A DNA stretch of 64,000 nt, from NCBI GenBank assembly GCA_032249735.1, contig JAVVHA010000004.1, forward strand, positions 27,268 through 91,267. The letters run 5' to 3'. Under the pieces are notes generated by a model. It did not search any database, had not been told where the DNA came from, and worked only from the letters and a program-made list of their open reading frames with translations. This document shows, piece by piece, positions 18,701 through 26,205 of this stretch; within the stretch, counting starts at the first letter, position 1, and the number at the start of each line of letters is the position of its first letter. Origin of the DNA: Dehalococcoidia bacterium (lineage in GTDB: Bacteria > Chloroflexota > Dehalococcoidia > SM23-28-2 > HRBIN24). A program made the position numbers and the translations under genes.

Positions 18701-19436
18701 TGCTCCTGAGCCCCACCAGGAGGTCTAAGCGGTTGCTGATGATGCCCCTGGCCCCCAGGGAGAGGAGCCTCGTGGCCTCATCCTGGTCGTCCACCGTCCA
18801 GCAGAGGAAGGGGATGCCCCGCGCCCGTAGATAGGATGTGCGGGCCTCGTCGGCCAAGGCGCGGTGTAGGGAGAGGCCCTGGGGCGGGGATGGGCTGCCT
18901 AAGAGGGCCTCCCACTGCCGAGGCGTCTCCACGGTGAAGAGAAGGGGGACGCCGTCCACATGCTCACCTATCGTCTCCAGGAGCTGCCAGTCCTGCCCGC
19001 AGACCATCACATAGGGCGAAAAGTCCAGACGCCGCAACATCTCCCGCAGTCGATGGGCATAGCGGCGCGCGGCAGCAGGGGAGTGGCTGCCCTTGGCATC
19101 CCACAGCAGGAGGGCACGCCCGGCAATGAGTTGCGCCACTTCCTCCAGGGGGAGGGGGGCCAGGTCCAGGCGGATGTAGAAGGGGCCTAAGGGGAGGACC
19201 CATGGCCCCAGGCCGTGGTAGGCATAGCGACGACGGTCCAGTAAGACCGGTAAGAAGCCTAAGCGCCGCTCATGGCGGGCCCAGAAGCGCCCACCCCAGA
19301 ACCAGACGTCCACCTCCACCACATCTACCCCTGCCTGGAGGGCGCGGACCACCAGTTCGCGTCGGTTGCCGAAGGCATGTGCTATGGCCAGGGGGGGCCC
19401 CTGGGCCTGCAGGGCCTGGGCGGCGCTAATGGCCAT
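18687..19436 (-). CDS. Glycerophosphodiester phosphodiesterase (GDPD)-like TIM-barrel protein, divergent
   Basis: AHAFGN...AGVDVVEVDVWFWGGRFWARHE resembles the GDPD H-R-G...E-x-D-V...H-D layout, with substitutions. Confidence 0.5.
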   Translation of the reverse strand: MAISAAQALQAQGPPLAIAHAFGNRRELVVRALQAGVDVVEVDVWFWGGRFWARHERRLGFLPVLLDRRRYAYHGLGPWVLPLGPFYIRLDLAPLPLEEVAQLIAGRALLLWDAKGSHSPAAARRYAHRLREMLRRLDFSPYVMVCGQDWQLLETIGEHVDGVPLLFTVETPRQWEALLGSPSPPQGLSLHRALADEARTSYLRARGIPFLCWTVDDQDEATRLLSLGARGIISNRLDLLVGLRSISAA

Positions 19437-19887
19437 CGCCCTCCCCCTGGAGAGAGGCGTAGGCCTTGCGCAGGGCCCGCACCTCTTCCGCCCACCCCCG
19501 ATAGGCCTGGACCACTTGGGCCAGCACTTGGGCCAGAGTGAGCCTCTCGCCCTCAGGGCTCACCACCGCCCGCTCCAGGTCCTGAGGGCCCACCAGGTGG
19601 AGAAGGTTTAGAAGGCGGCGGTGGGCCACCTGCAGGACCATGGCCGCCTCTCGAGGCGAGGAGAGTTGGGCCGGGACGATGCAAGGGGTGGGGGGAAGGC
19701 CCAAGGCCGCAGCCACTAGGCGCCCAAAACGCAGGTTGAGAGCGTCCACCGCCCCCTCTAAGAGGTGACGCAGAGAGGAGCCCCCTCCTTCCCAAGAGAA
19801 CTCATCCAGCCCACATCCCGCTAGGGCGTCCAAAAGGGACTCCTTGCCCGCCTCCAGTTGGCCAGCGAGAGATTCTAAGGATTCCAT
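19426..19887 (-). CDS. Hypothetical protein, possibly DinB-like four-helix bundle
   Basis: 153 aa and helical. No firm motif. Overlaps the neighbouring gene starts and stops in operon fashion. Confidence 0.4.
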   Translation of the reverse strand: MESLESLAGQLEAGKESLLDALAGCGLDEFSWEGGGSSLRHLLEGAVDALNLRFGRLVAAALGLPPTPCIVPAQLSSPREAAMVLQVAHRRLLNLLHLVGPQDLERAVVSPEGERLTLAQVLAQVVQAYRGWAEEVRALRKAYASLQGEGDGH

Positions 19888-19924
19888 TGTCCCGCAAGCT
19901 TTAAGTTTATGGCCTAAGGTGTCT

Positions 19925-21217
19925 TCAGCCCAGATCGCAGGCCCTGCCCAATAGGGCCCGCCAGGCCCTCACTGCCCGGGGCAGGAGCCTCCGCCACTGG
20001 GAGGGGGCCATGACCCCCTCCTCTGTGAGATATGCGCTCACCCATCGCCCAGGGGTGAGGTCGAAGCGGCGATTGCGCACCTCCACCAGAGGGGGCAGGT
20101 GGGCGGCCACTTCCTCCGCCTCACCCTCCTCCAACAGGAGGTGGCGAGCTGGCGAGGGGGGCAGAAGCTTGGTGGAGTCTGCCGCCACCAGAAAGGGAAC
20201 GCCCGCCCGCCGACAGAGGAGAGCTAGGGAGGAAGTCCCCACCTTGTTGAGGACGGTGCCATCGGGGAGGATGGCGTCGGCGCCCACCAGGGCCGCCTGG
20301 GCCTCCCGTAAGGCCTCCCCCAGCTGGGCCTCGGTGACAAGGGTGACGGGGATGCCAGCCTGGGCCAGGGTGTGGGCCAAGGCTACCCCCTCCAGCAGAG
20401 GGCGCCCTTCGCTCACCACCACCCTCTGGGGCCTGCGGGCCAGGATGATGGCCTCCACCGTGGAGCTGCGGCTGTAGGTGAGGATGGTGCCCGCAGGCAG
20501 GGCCTCCGCCCCCCGAGCCACCAGGCGTGCCCCTGCCTCCTGCCTTAGGGAGAGGTGCCGCGACAGGGCATCGGCAACGTCGGGCGAGGGGCGGACGGCG
20601 GCATAGGCATGGGCGATGGCCATGGCGATGCCCGGCATACCAGGGCGGGCGCGGGCCAGAAGGCAGGCAGCCGCCCGCAGGGCCTTGGGGGCCTTTTGGG
20701 CCACCTCCCGCAGAGCGGTAAGGGCCAGCATCGCCAGCTCCCCCGCCCCTCGCCGGCGGTCCATAGCCAGCGTCCTGGCCACCTCCTCCACCTCCGCCGG
20801 CACCAGGGGATAAACAGCGCTCAAGGCCTCGGGAAGGCGGGGGACTGTCGGATAGAGGAAGACCGATGCTGGCCGCACCCAGCGGGCTGCTACATGCTCC
20901 CAATCCAGGCGGATCTGAGCGCCCTGGCGCACCTGCATCAGGAAGGGGTACACCACCCATAGGCGCCCCAGGCGGGGGTCAGGGGCATGCACCGGGGCCC
21001 CGGCGCGCACCAGCCTCACATCCTCCTCCCCCAGGCCCGTCTCCTCGGCCACCTCTCGCATGGCCTGGCGGAGGGGGTCGTCCTCCAGATAGCCGCTTAC
21101 CCCTGCCCAGCGGCCCCGGTATGTGCCCACGGCTCCGCTGCGGCGAAGGAGGAGGACGCGGTCGCCTCCAGGCCCCCGCCGCAGCAAGAAGACCGTGACG
21201 ACGGGGACTTCTCGCAC
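19925..21217 (-). CDS. Fusion protein: N-terminal Nudix hydrolase domain plus C-terminal eIF-2B alpha/beta/delta-family (sugar-phosphate isomerase-like) domain
   Basis: Nudix box GVSGYLEDDPLRQAMREVAEETGL. C-terminal half: TYSRSSTVEAII...VVVSEGRPLLEG...GADAILPDGTVLNKVGTSSLALLCRRAGVPFLVAADSTK (eIF2B/MtnA/R15P-isomerase signature). Confidence 0.8.
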   Translation of the reverse strand: MREVPVVTVFLLRRGPGGDRVLLLRRSGAVGTYRGRWAGVSGYLEDDPLRQAMREVAEETGLGEEDVRLVRAGAPVHAPDPRLGRLWVVYPFLMQVRQGAQIRLDWEHVAARWVRPASVFLYPTVPRLPEALSAVYPLVPAEVEEVARTLAMDRRRGAGELAMLALTALREVAQKAPKALRAAACLLARARPGMPGIAMAIAHAYAAVRPSPDVADALSRHLSLRQEAGARLVARGAEALPAGTILTYSRSSTVEAIILARRPQRVVVSEGRPLLEGVALAHTLAQAGIPVTLVTEAQLGEALREAQAALVGADAILPDGTVLNKVGTSSLALLCRRAGVPFLVAADSTKLLPPSPARHLLLEEGEAEEVAAHLPPLVEVRNRRFDLTPGRWVSAYLTEEGVMAPSQWRRLLPRAVRAWRALLGRACDLG

Positions 21218-21223
21218 AGGCCC

Positions 21224-21376
21224 TTATGCCGCCTTAGCCAGGGAGGCCTTCTGGGCCTGGACCGCCAGCGGTGAACGGTACCCGCACTGGATGCACACCA
21301 GGTCGGCCTCGTCGCCCAGAAGGACCTCCACGTACATCATCCCCGTGCAACGCGGGCACCTCAGCGCGGCACCCAT
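21224..21376 (-). CDS. Zinc-ribbon mini-protein (50 aa); below the ORF-track cut-off
   Basis: My translation: MGAALRCPRCTGMMYVEVLLGDEADLVCIQCGYRSPLAVQAQKASLAKAA. AGGAGGTGA lies 6 nt upstream. The ORF ends 7 nt before the Nudix-fusion start. Confidence 0.6.
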   Translation of the reverse strand: MGAALRCPRCTGMMYVEVLLGDEADLVCIQCGYRSPLAVQAQKASLAKAA

Positions 21377-21397
21377 CTGGCCTCACCTCCTCTCATC

Positions 21398-21426
21398 AGG
21401 ATAGGCTATGGTAGGCATGTTGTCAA
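21398..21426 (-). promoter_or_regulatory. Candidate promoter for the zinc-ribbon/Nudix operon (TTGACA-N17-TATCCT on the minus strand)
   Basis: The reverse complement of 21421-21426 is TTGACA and of 21398-21403 is TATCCT, with a 17-nt spacer. A second TTGACA lies about 22 nt further upstream. Confidence 0.4.
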
Positions 21427-21487
21427 TATTTCTTACAACGTCATTGTCAAGACTCCATGAAGAGGGGGGTGGTATACTTAGGGGGCG

Positions 21488-23041
21488 GTGAAGGCTGAGG
21501 GGACGCTGCTGGAAGGGCTAAAGAGGCCGGAGGCCTATCCCCACCCGGTGGAGCGGGTGGAGGTGGTGCAGACGCACATCTCATACGTATTTCTGGCTGG
21601 GGACTACGCTTACAAGGTGAAGAAGCCCCTGAACCTGGGCTTTCTAGACTACTCCACCCTGCGCAAGCGCCACTTTTACTGTCGGCGGGAGGTGGAGCTG
21701 AACCGCCGCTACTGTCCCGAGACCTATTTAGGGGTGGTGCCCATCGTCAGGGGGCGTGAAGGTCTGCAGGTGGGGGGGCGGGGGAGGCCCGTGGAGTACG
21801 CGGTGATGATGCGCCGCATCCCCCAGGAAGCCATGTTAGACCACATGGTGGAGAGAGGGGAGGCCACGCCAGAGCTGCTGGCCAGCATCGGGCGCCATCT
21901 GGCGGAGGCCCACGCCCGCTCCCCCACCAGCCCCCATATGGCCCGCCTGGGCACATGGGCCATCGCCTATGCCTGGCGGGAGAACTTCGCTCAGTGGGCG
22001 CCCATGGTGGGGGAGCTCATCACCGCTGAGCAGGACGCGCTATTGCGCGGCTACGTGGAGTGGTTCCTGAGGCGTCGCCGCCCCCTCCTGCGCCAACGGG
22101 CCCAAGAGGGGCGGGTGAGGGATTGCCATGGCGACCTCCGGGCGGAGAGCATCGCCATCCTGCCCCAGGGGCGCATATGTATCATGGACTGCATAGAATT
22201 CAACCGCCGCCTCCGCTACACAGATGTGGTGGGGGACGTGGCCTTCCTGGCCATGGACCTGGAGAGGCGGGGCCGGCCCGACCTGGCACGGGCCTTCGTG
22301 GAGGCCTACGTGGAGGCCTCCGGCGACCACGGGCTGTGGGAGGTGCTGGACTTTTACCTCTGCTATCGGGCGGCGGTGCGGGGCAAGGTGGAGGGGATCC
22401 GCGCCCACCAGCCAGAGGTGCCGGCCCAGGAGCGGGCGGAAGCAGCTGCTTCCGCCCGCCGCTTCTTCGAGCTGGCCTGTCGCTACGCCCGGCGCCACTG
22501 GCCCTGCCTCATCATCACATGTGGTCTGGCGGGGGTGGGGAAGTCCACCCTAGCCCGTGCTCTCGGCCTGGAGGTGATCTCATCAGACGTGGTGCGAAAG
22601 GAGCTGGCCGGACTCCCCCCCAATGCCCGCCGGCCGGAGGCCTTCGGCGCCGGCATCTACTCCCCCCGCATGACGGAACGCACCTACCATGCCCTCATAG
22701 AGCGGGGGCGCCATCTCCTGCGCCAGGGGCGCTGGGTGGTGCTGGACGCCACCTTCCTAAGGCGTCGCCACCGGGAGATGGCCCGCCGCATGGCCGCCCA
22801 AGAGGGGGTGCGCTTCCTATGCGTCCTCCTCGAGGCTCCGGCAGGCGAAGTGCGACGCCGCATGGAGCGACGTGAGGAGGAAGGGACGGACTTCTCCGAC
22901 GCCCGCTGGGAGGTCTACCTGGCCCAAAGGGAGGCCTGGGAGCCCCCCGACGACATACCACCGTCCCAATTGCTGGCCCTGGACGCCACCCGCCCCCCCG
23001 AGGAGCTGGCGCGCGCCGTCCTGGGCTTCCTGGGCAGGTGA
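21488..23041 (+). CDS. Bifunctional-type protein: aminoglycoside-phosphotransferase-like kinase domain plus C-terminal P-loop (AAA_33-like) kinase domain
   Basis: N-terminal VQTHISYVFLAGDYAYKVKKP and DCHGDLRAESI (APH/protein-kinase-like catalytic loop). C-terminal Walker A CGLAGVGKSTLA. GTG start at 21488. Confidence 0.8.
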   Translation: MKAEGTLLEGLKRPEAYPHPVERVEVVQTHISYVFLAGDYAYKVKKPLNLGFLDYSTLRKRHFYCRREVELNRRYCPETYLGVVPIVRGREGLQVGGRGRPVEYAVMMRRIPQEAMLDHMVERGEATPELLASIGRHLAEAHARSPTSPHMARLGTWAIAYAWRENFAQWAPMVGELITAEQDALLRGYVEWFLRRRRPLLRQRAQEGRVRDCHGDLRAESIAILPQGRICIMDCIEFNRRLRYTDVVGDVAFLAMDLERRGRPDLARAFVEAYVEASGDHGLWEVLDFYLCYRAAVRGKVEGIRAHQPEVPAQERAEAAASARRFFELACRYARRHWPCLIITCGLAGVGKSTLARALGLEVISSDVVRKELAGLPPNARRPEAFGAGIYSPRMTERTYHALIERGRHLLRQGRWVVLDATFLRRRHREMARRMAAQEGVRFLCVLLEAPAGEVRRRMERREEEGTDFSDARWEVYLAQREAWEPPDDIPPSQLLALDATRPPEELARAVLGFLGR

Positions 23042-23045
23042 GGGC

Positions 23046-23561
23046 ATGGCCGAGGAGGGCCGCTTGCCCGTCCTGGCCGTGGTGGGGCCCTCCGGGGCAG
23101 GCAAGACCACCGTCCTTGCAGCCCTCATCGGCGAGCTGGCCCGCCGCGGCTACCGGGTGGCGGCCATCAAACACTCACACCACCCCGGCCTCATGCCCGA
23201 CACCCCCGGCAAGGACTCCCACCGCCTGTGGGAGGCGGGGGCCCAGGCCGTCGCCCTGGTGGGCCCCGACCTGCTGGCCCTGCGATGGCGGGGAGGGCAT
23301 GGACGGGACCTACCCCAACTCCTCACCTTGCTGAGGGGAATGGCGGACATCATATTGGTGGAGGGGTATTCGGCCCAGCCCATACCGCGCATCGAGGTGT
23401 GGCGCCAAGGTCTTGGCCCTCCCCCCAGGCCTGCTGCAGGCAGGATTCTGGCAATGGTAGGCCATGCCCCTTCAGACTGGGAGGGGCCCACCTTCCAGCC
23501 CTGGCAGACCGCCCAACTGGCCGACCTGGTGGAGAGGGAGCTGGGCCTCCGTCGCCCATGA
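23046..23561 (+). CDS. mobB: Molybdopterin-guanine dinucleotide biosynthesis adapter protein MobB
   Basis: LAVVGPSGAGKTTVLAALIGELARRGYRVAAIKHSHH. Start trimmed to the ATG at 23046. Confidence 0.9.
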   Translation: MAEEGRLPVLAVVGPSGAGKTTVLAALIGELARRGYRVAAIKHSHHPGLMPDTPGKDSHRLWEAGAQAVALVGPDLLALRWRGGHGRDLPQLLTLLRGMADIILVEGYSAQPIPRIEVWRQGLGPPPRPAAGRILAMVGHAPSDWEGPTFQPWQTAQLADLVERELGLRRP

Positions 23562-24178
23562 CAGCCCATCCGCCCACTAGCGCCATCGTCCTGGCCGGCG
23601 GCCGCTCCCGTCGCCTCGGCCAGGACAAGGCCCTTCTGGACCTGGGGCAGGGCCCCCTTTTGGTGCACACCGTAACCTTGGCCTCCCAGCTCTGCCCCGA
23701 TGTGGTGGTGGTGACAGACCTCCCAGGCCGCTACCGCCACCTAGGGCTAGATGTGCGCTGGGCCTGCGACCGCATCGCCGGGGCTGGCCCTCTGGCGGGC
23801 CTGGAGGCGGGCCTCCAGACCATCCAGCACGATTTCGCCCTCCTCCTGGCCTGCGACTACCCCTTTCTCGACCCTAGGCTGCTGGGCTACATGCTGGCCC
23901 GCCCCCGCGACTACGAGGCCCTAGTGCCCCTCTGGGAAGGGCGGTGGCACCCCCTCCAGGCCGTCTACGCCCGCTCCTGCCTCCCCGTGGTCCAGGAAGC
24001 CTTGTCGAAGGGCGAGAGGAGCATGGAGGCCCTCCTATCCCGCCTCCAGCTGCGGGCCGTCACCGCTCAAGAGATAAGGCTTATAGACCCCCAGGGCCTC
24101 AGCCTCTTCAACCTCAACACCCCCCAGGACCTGGCATGGGCCCGCTCCCTCCTAGCCCAAAGGGCCCAAGGAGGATAG
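23558..24178 (+). CDS. mobA: Molybdenum cofactor guanylyltransferase MobA
   Basis: SAIVLAGGRSRRLGQDKALL, AGPLAGLEAGL, LLLACDYPFL. ATGA overlap with the mobB stop. Confidence 0.9.
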   Translation: MTAHPPTSAIVLAGGRSRRLGQDKALLDLGQGPLLVHTVTLASQLCPDVVVVTDLPGRYRHLGLDVRWACDRIAGAGPLAGLEAGLQTIQHDFALLLACDYPFLDPRLLGYMLARPRDYEALVPLWEGRWHPLQAVYARSCLPVVQEALSKGERSMEALLSRLQLRAVTAQEIRLIDPQGLSLFNLNTPQDLAWARSLLAQRAQGG

Positions 24179-24297
24179 GGACTAAAGGCCCATGAGGGCA
24201 CGGCCATAAGGCCCTAGGGAGGAGGGGCGGCCATTTTTTATGGTGAATCTGGAAGGATATCGAGGTGGTATTCGGTTGAGGAGGGGGGTGACCACCG

Positions 24298-24918
24298 ATG
24301 ACAGCTCCCGAAAGGAAGATGGCCACCACATCCATCATGCCGGAAGGGGTGGCCCGCATCTTCACCAGCCCTGCGTTCGCCTGGCTGTGGCTGGTAGCAC
24401 GCATGTACCTGGGCTACCAGTGGCTAGAGGCGAGCATCCACAAGCTCTCCGACCCGGCATGGATGAGCACCGGCCAAGCCGTCAAGAGCTTCTGGGAGCG
24501 CGCGGTGCAGGTGCCGCCACCGCCGGCTAGGCCGCCCATCGCCTACGATTGGTACCGCGACTTCATCCAGTTCATGCTGGAGAGGGAGTGGTACACGTGG
24601 TTTGCCAAGCTGGTGGCTGTGAGCCAGCTGCTGGTGGGCATTGCCCTGGTGCTGGGCGCCTTCACAGCCATCGCTGCCGCTGCCGGTGCGTTCATGAACA
24701 TGAACTTCATGCTCGCCGGCACCGCCAGCACTAACCCGGTGCTGCTGGTCCTGGGCATCCTGATCATCCTGGCCTGGCGCATCGCTGGCTACTGGGGCCT
24801 GGACAGGGTGCTGCTGTGGGCCGTGGGCACCCCTTGGGAGCCGGGGGCGCTGGCGCGGCGGGCCATGAGGAGCATCGGCAGCGGGAGATGGCTGAGGCCC
24901 GGCCCGAGGGTGACCTAG
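24298..24918 (+). CDS. DoxX/DoxD-like integral membrane protein
   Basis: Four hydrophobic helices. The N-terminal LWLVARMYLGYQWLEA pattern resembles DoxX/DoxD-family proteins from memory. Confidence 0.5.
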   Translation: MTAPERKMATTSIMPEGVARIFTSPAFAWLWLVARMYLGYQWLEASIHKLSDPAWMSTGQAVKSFWERAVQVPPPPARPPIAYDWYRDFIQFMLEREWYTWFAKLVAVSQLLVGIALVLGAFTAIAAAAGAFMNMNFMLAGTASTNPVLLVLGILIILAWRIAGYWGLDRVLLWAVGTPWEPGALARRAMRSIGSGRWLRPGPRVT

Positions 24919-24933
24919 AGGAGGTGAGGTGAG

Positions 24934-25218
24934 ATGGCGGGTGTCGGCATCGTCCTCTGGCTGGTGGTGGGAGCGGTGGTGGGGCTGGCGGGATGGTCGG
25001 CCCTGCGTGCGCTGGGCCAGGCCACCCTCGCTCACCTGCCCTGGGCGATGGCAGCTGCCCTTCTGGGCTCCTTCGCCTGGAGCGAATGGTTCGGTGACTT
25101 CAGCCACTGGGGTGGTGAGCTGGAGGGCTTGTACCTGGTGCCGGCCATCTTGGGTGCGGCCATCGTCACCGCCCTCTACGCGGCTGGCCACCTGATGGAG
25201 AGGAGGGAAGGCGCATAG
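24934..25218 (+). CDS. Small membrane protein, possibly GlsB/YeaQ/YmgE-like
   Basis: 94 aa with three Gly-rich hydrophobic helices. Confidence 0.4.
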   Translation: MAGVGIVLWLVVGAVVGLAGWSALRALGQATLAHLPWAMAAALLGSFAWSEWFGDFSHWGGELEGLYLVPAILGAAIVTALYAAGHLMERREGA

Positions 25219-25252
25219 GGGATAGGCCCTAGCGCCCGCCCCCTCTTCGCCT

Positions 25253-25282
25253 AAAAGAGGGCCCCCAAGGGGGCCCTCTTTT
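25253..25282. terminator. Bidirectional intrinsic terminator
   Basis: AAAAGAGGGCCCCC-AA-GGGGGCCCTCTTTT. A perfect GC-rich stem flanked by an A-tract and a T-tract. Confidence 0.65.
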
Positions 25283-25401
25283 AGCCCCCTAGTCCAATAT
25301 ACCCAAGAAAAGTCGTGACCATTGCCCTAGTAGATCGGTGCCATAAGGCCCTGGGGTTCAGGACGCCAGCCCTCTAGCTTGGGATGGGGAGGGTGAGGGC
25401 C

Positions 25402-25557
25402 ATGATGTGGACAGGAGCCTGCCCCCGCTGCCGAGGCCCTGTGGTGGAAGAATGGGACACCTATGGGCGCTACTTCTTCTGCCTCATCTGCGGCTACATC
25501 CTCACTGAGGCAGAAGAGAGGGCGTTACTAAAGGAGCGGCAGGGAGCCGCCGCCTAG
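25402..25557 (+). CDS. Zinc-ribbon mini-protein (51 aa), paralogue of 21224-21376; below the ORF-track cut-off
   Basis: My translation: MMWTGACPRCRGPVVEEWDTYGRYFFCLICGYILTEAEERALLKERQGAAA. GGGAGGGTGAGGG lies upstream. Shares the CPRC-x(16-18)-C-x2-CGY layout. Confidence 0.55.
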   Translation: MMWTGACPRCRGPVVEEWDTYGRYFFCLICGYILTEAEERALLKERQGAAA

Positions 25558-26205
25558 CTAACCCTGGTCCAAACGACGGGCCAGGAAGGCGGCGGCCTGG
25601 GACCTCCGCCGCAGGTTGAGCTTGGAGAGGATGTTGGACACGTAATTCTTCACCGTCTTCTCCGAGAGGTAAAGCTCTTGGGCGATCTCCTTATTGGTCT
25701 TACCTTCGGCGATGAGAGCTAGGATGCGCCTCTCCTGGGGGGAGAGGGAAGAGAACTCGTCCCGAGCCCCGGAGGCCATCTGGCGCAGCCGCTCCAGCAC
25801 CTGGGCCGTGACGCTGGGGTCCAGGAGGGACTCGCCACGGGCCGCCCGCTCGATGGCCTCCGAGAGGGTCTGGCTGCGGGCCTGCTTGAGGATGTAGCCG
25901 GCAGCCCCGGCCATGATGGAGCCGAAGAGGGCCTCATCGTCGGCGAAAACGGTAAGCATGATGACCTGCACCTCCGGTAGCTCCTGCTTGATCTCGCGGC
26001 AGGCCTCCACTCCTGAGCCATCGGGGAGGCGGACGTCCATCACCACCACGTGAGGGCGGGTGCGGCGGGCGGCCTCCACCGCCTCGGCCACCGTGCCGGC
26101 CTCCCCTACCACCATGAACTGGGGGCGCCGCTCTAAGATAGTCCGCAGGCCCATGCGCACCACCTCATGGTCGTCCACGATGAGCACCTTGATGGGCTCC
26201 TTCAT
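25558..26205 (-). CDS. NarL/FixJ-family response regulator (REC + LuxR HTH)
   Basis: IKVLIVDDHEVVRMGL, VVVMDVRLPDGSG, and a C-terminal LSPQERRILALIAEGKTNKEIAQELYLSEKTVKNYVSNIL. Confidence 0.95.
   Translation of the reverse strand: MKEPIKVLIVDDHEVVRMGLRTILERRPQFMVVGEAGTVAEAVEAARRTRPHVVVMDVRLPDGSGVEACREIKQELPEVQVIMLTVFADDEALFGSIMAGAAGYILKQARSQTLSEAIERAARGESLLDPSVTAQVLERLRQMASGARDEFSSLSPQERRILALIAEGKTNKEIAQELYLSEKTVKNYVSNILSKLNLRRRSQAAAFLARRLDQG

Noticed and set aside
24190-24240. Possible terminator after mobA (CGGCCAT...CGGCCATTTTTT)
   Set aside because: The two CGGCCAT copies are direct repeats, not inverted, so no stable stem forms. Only the T-run is terminator-like.
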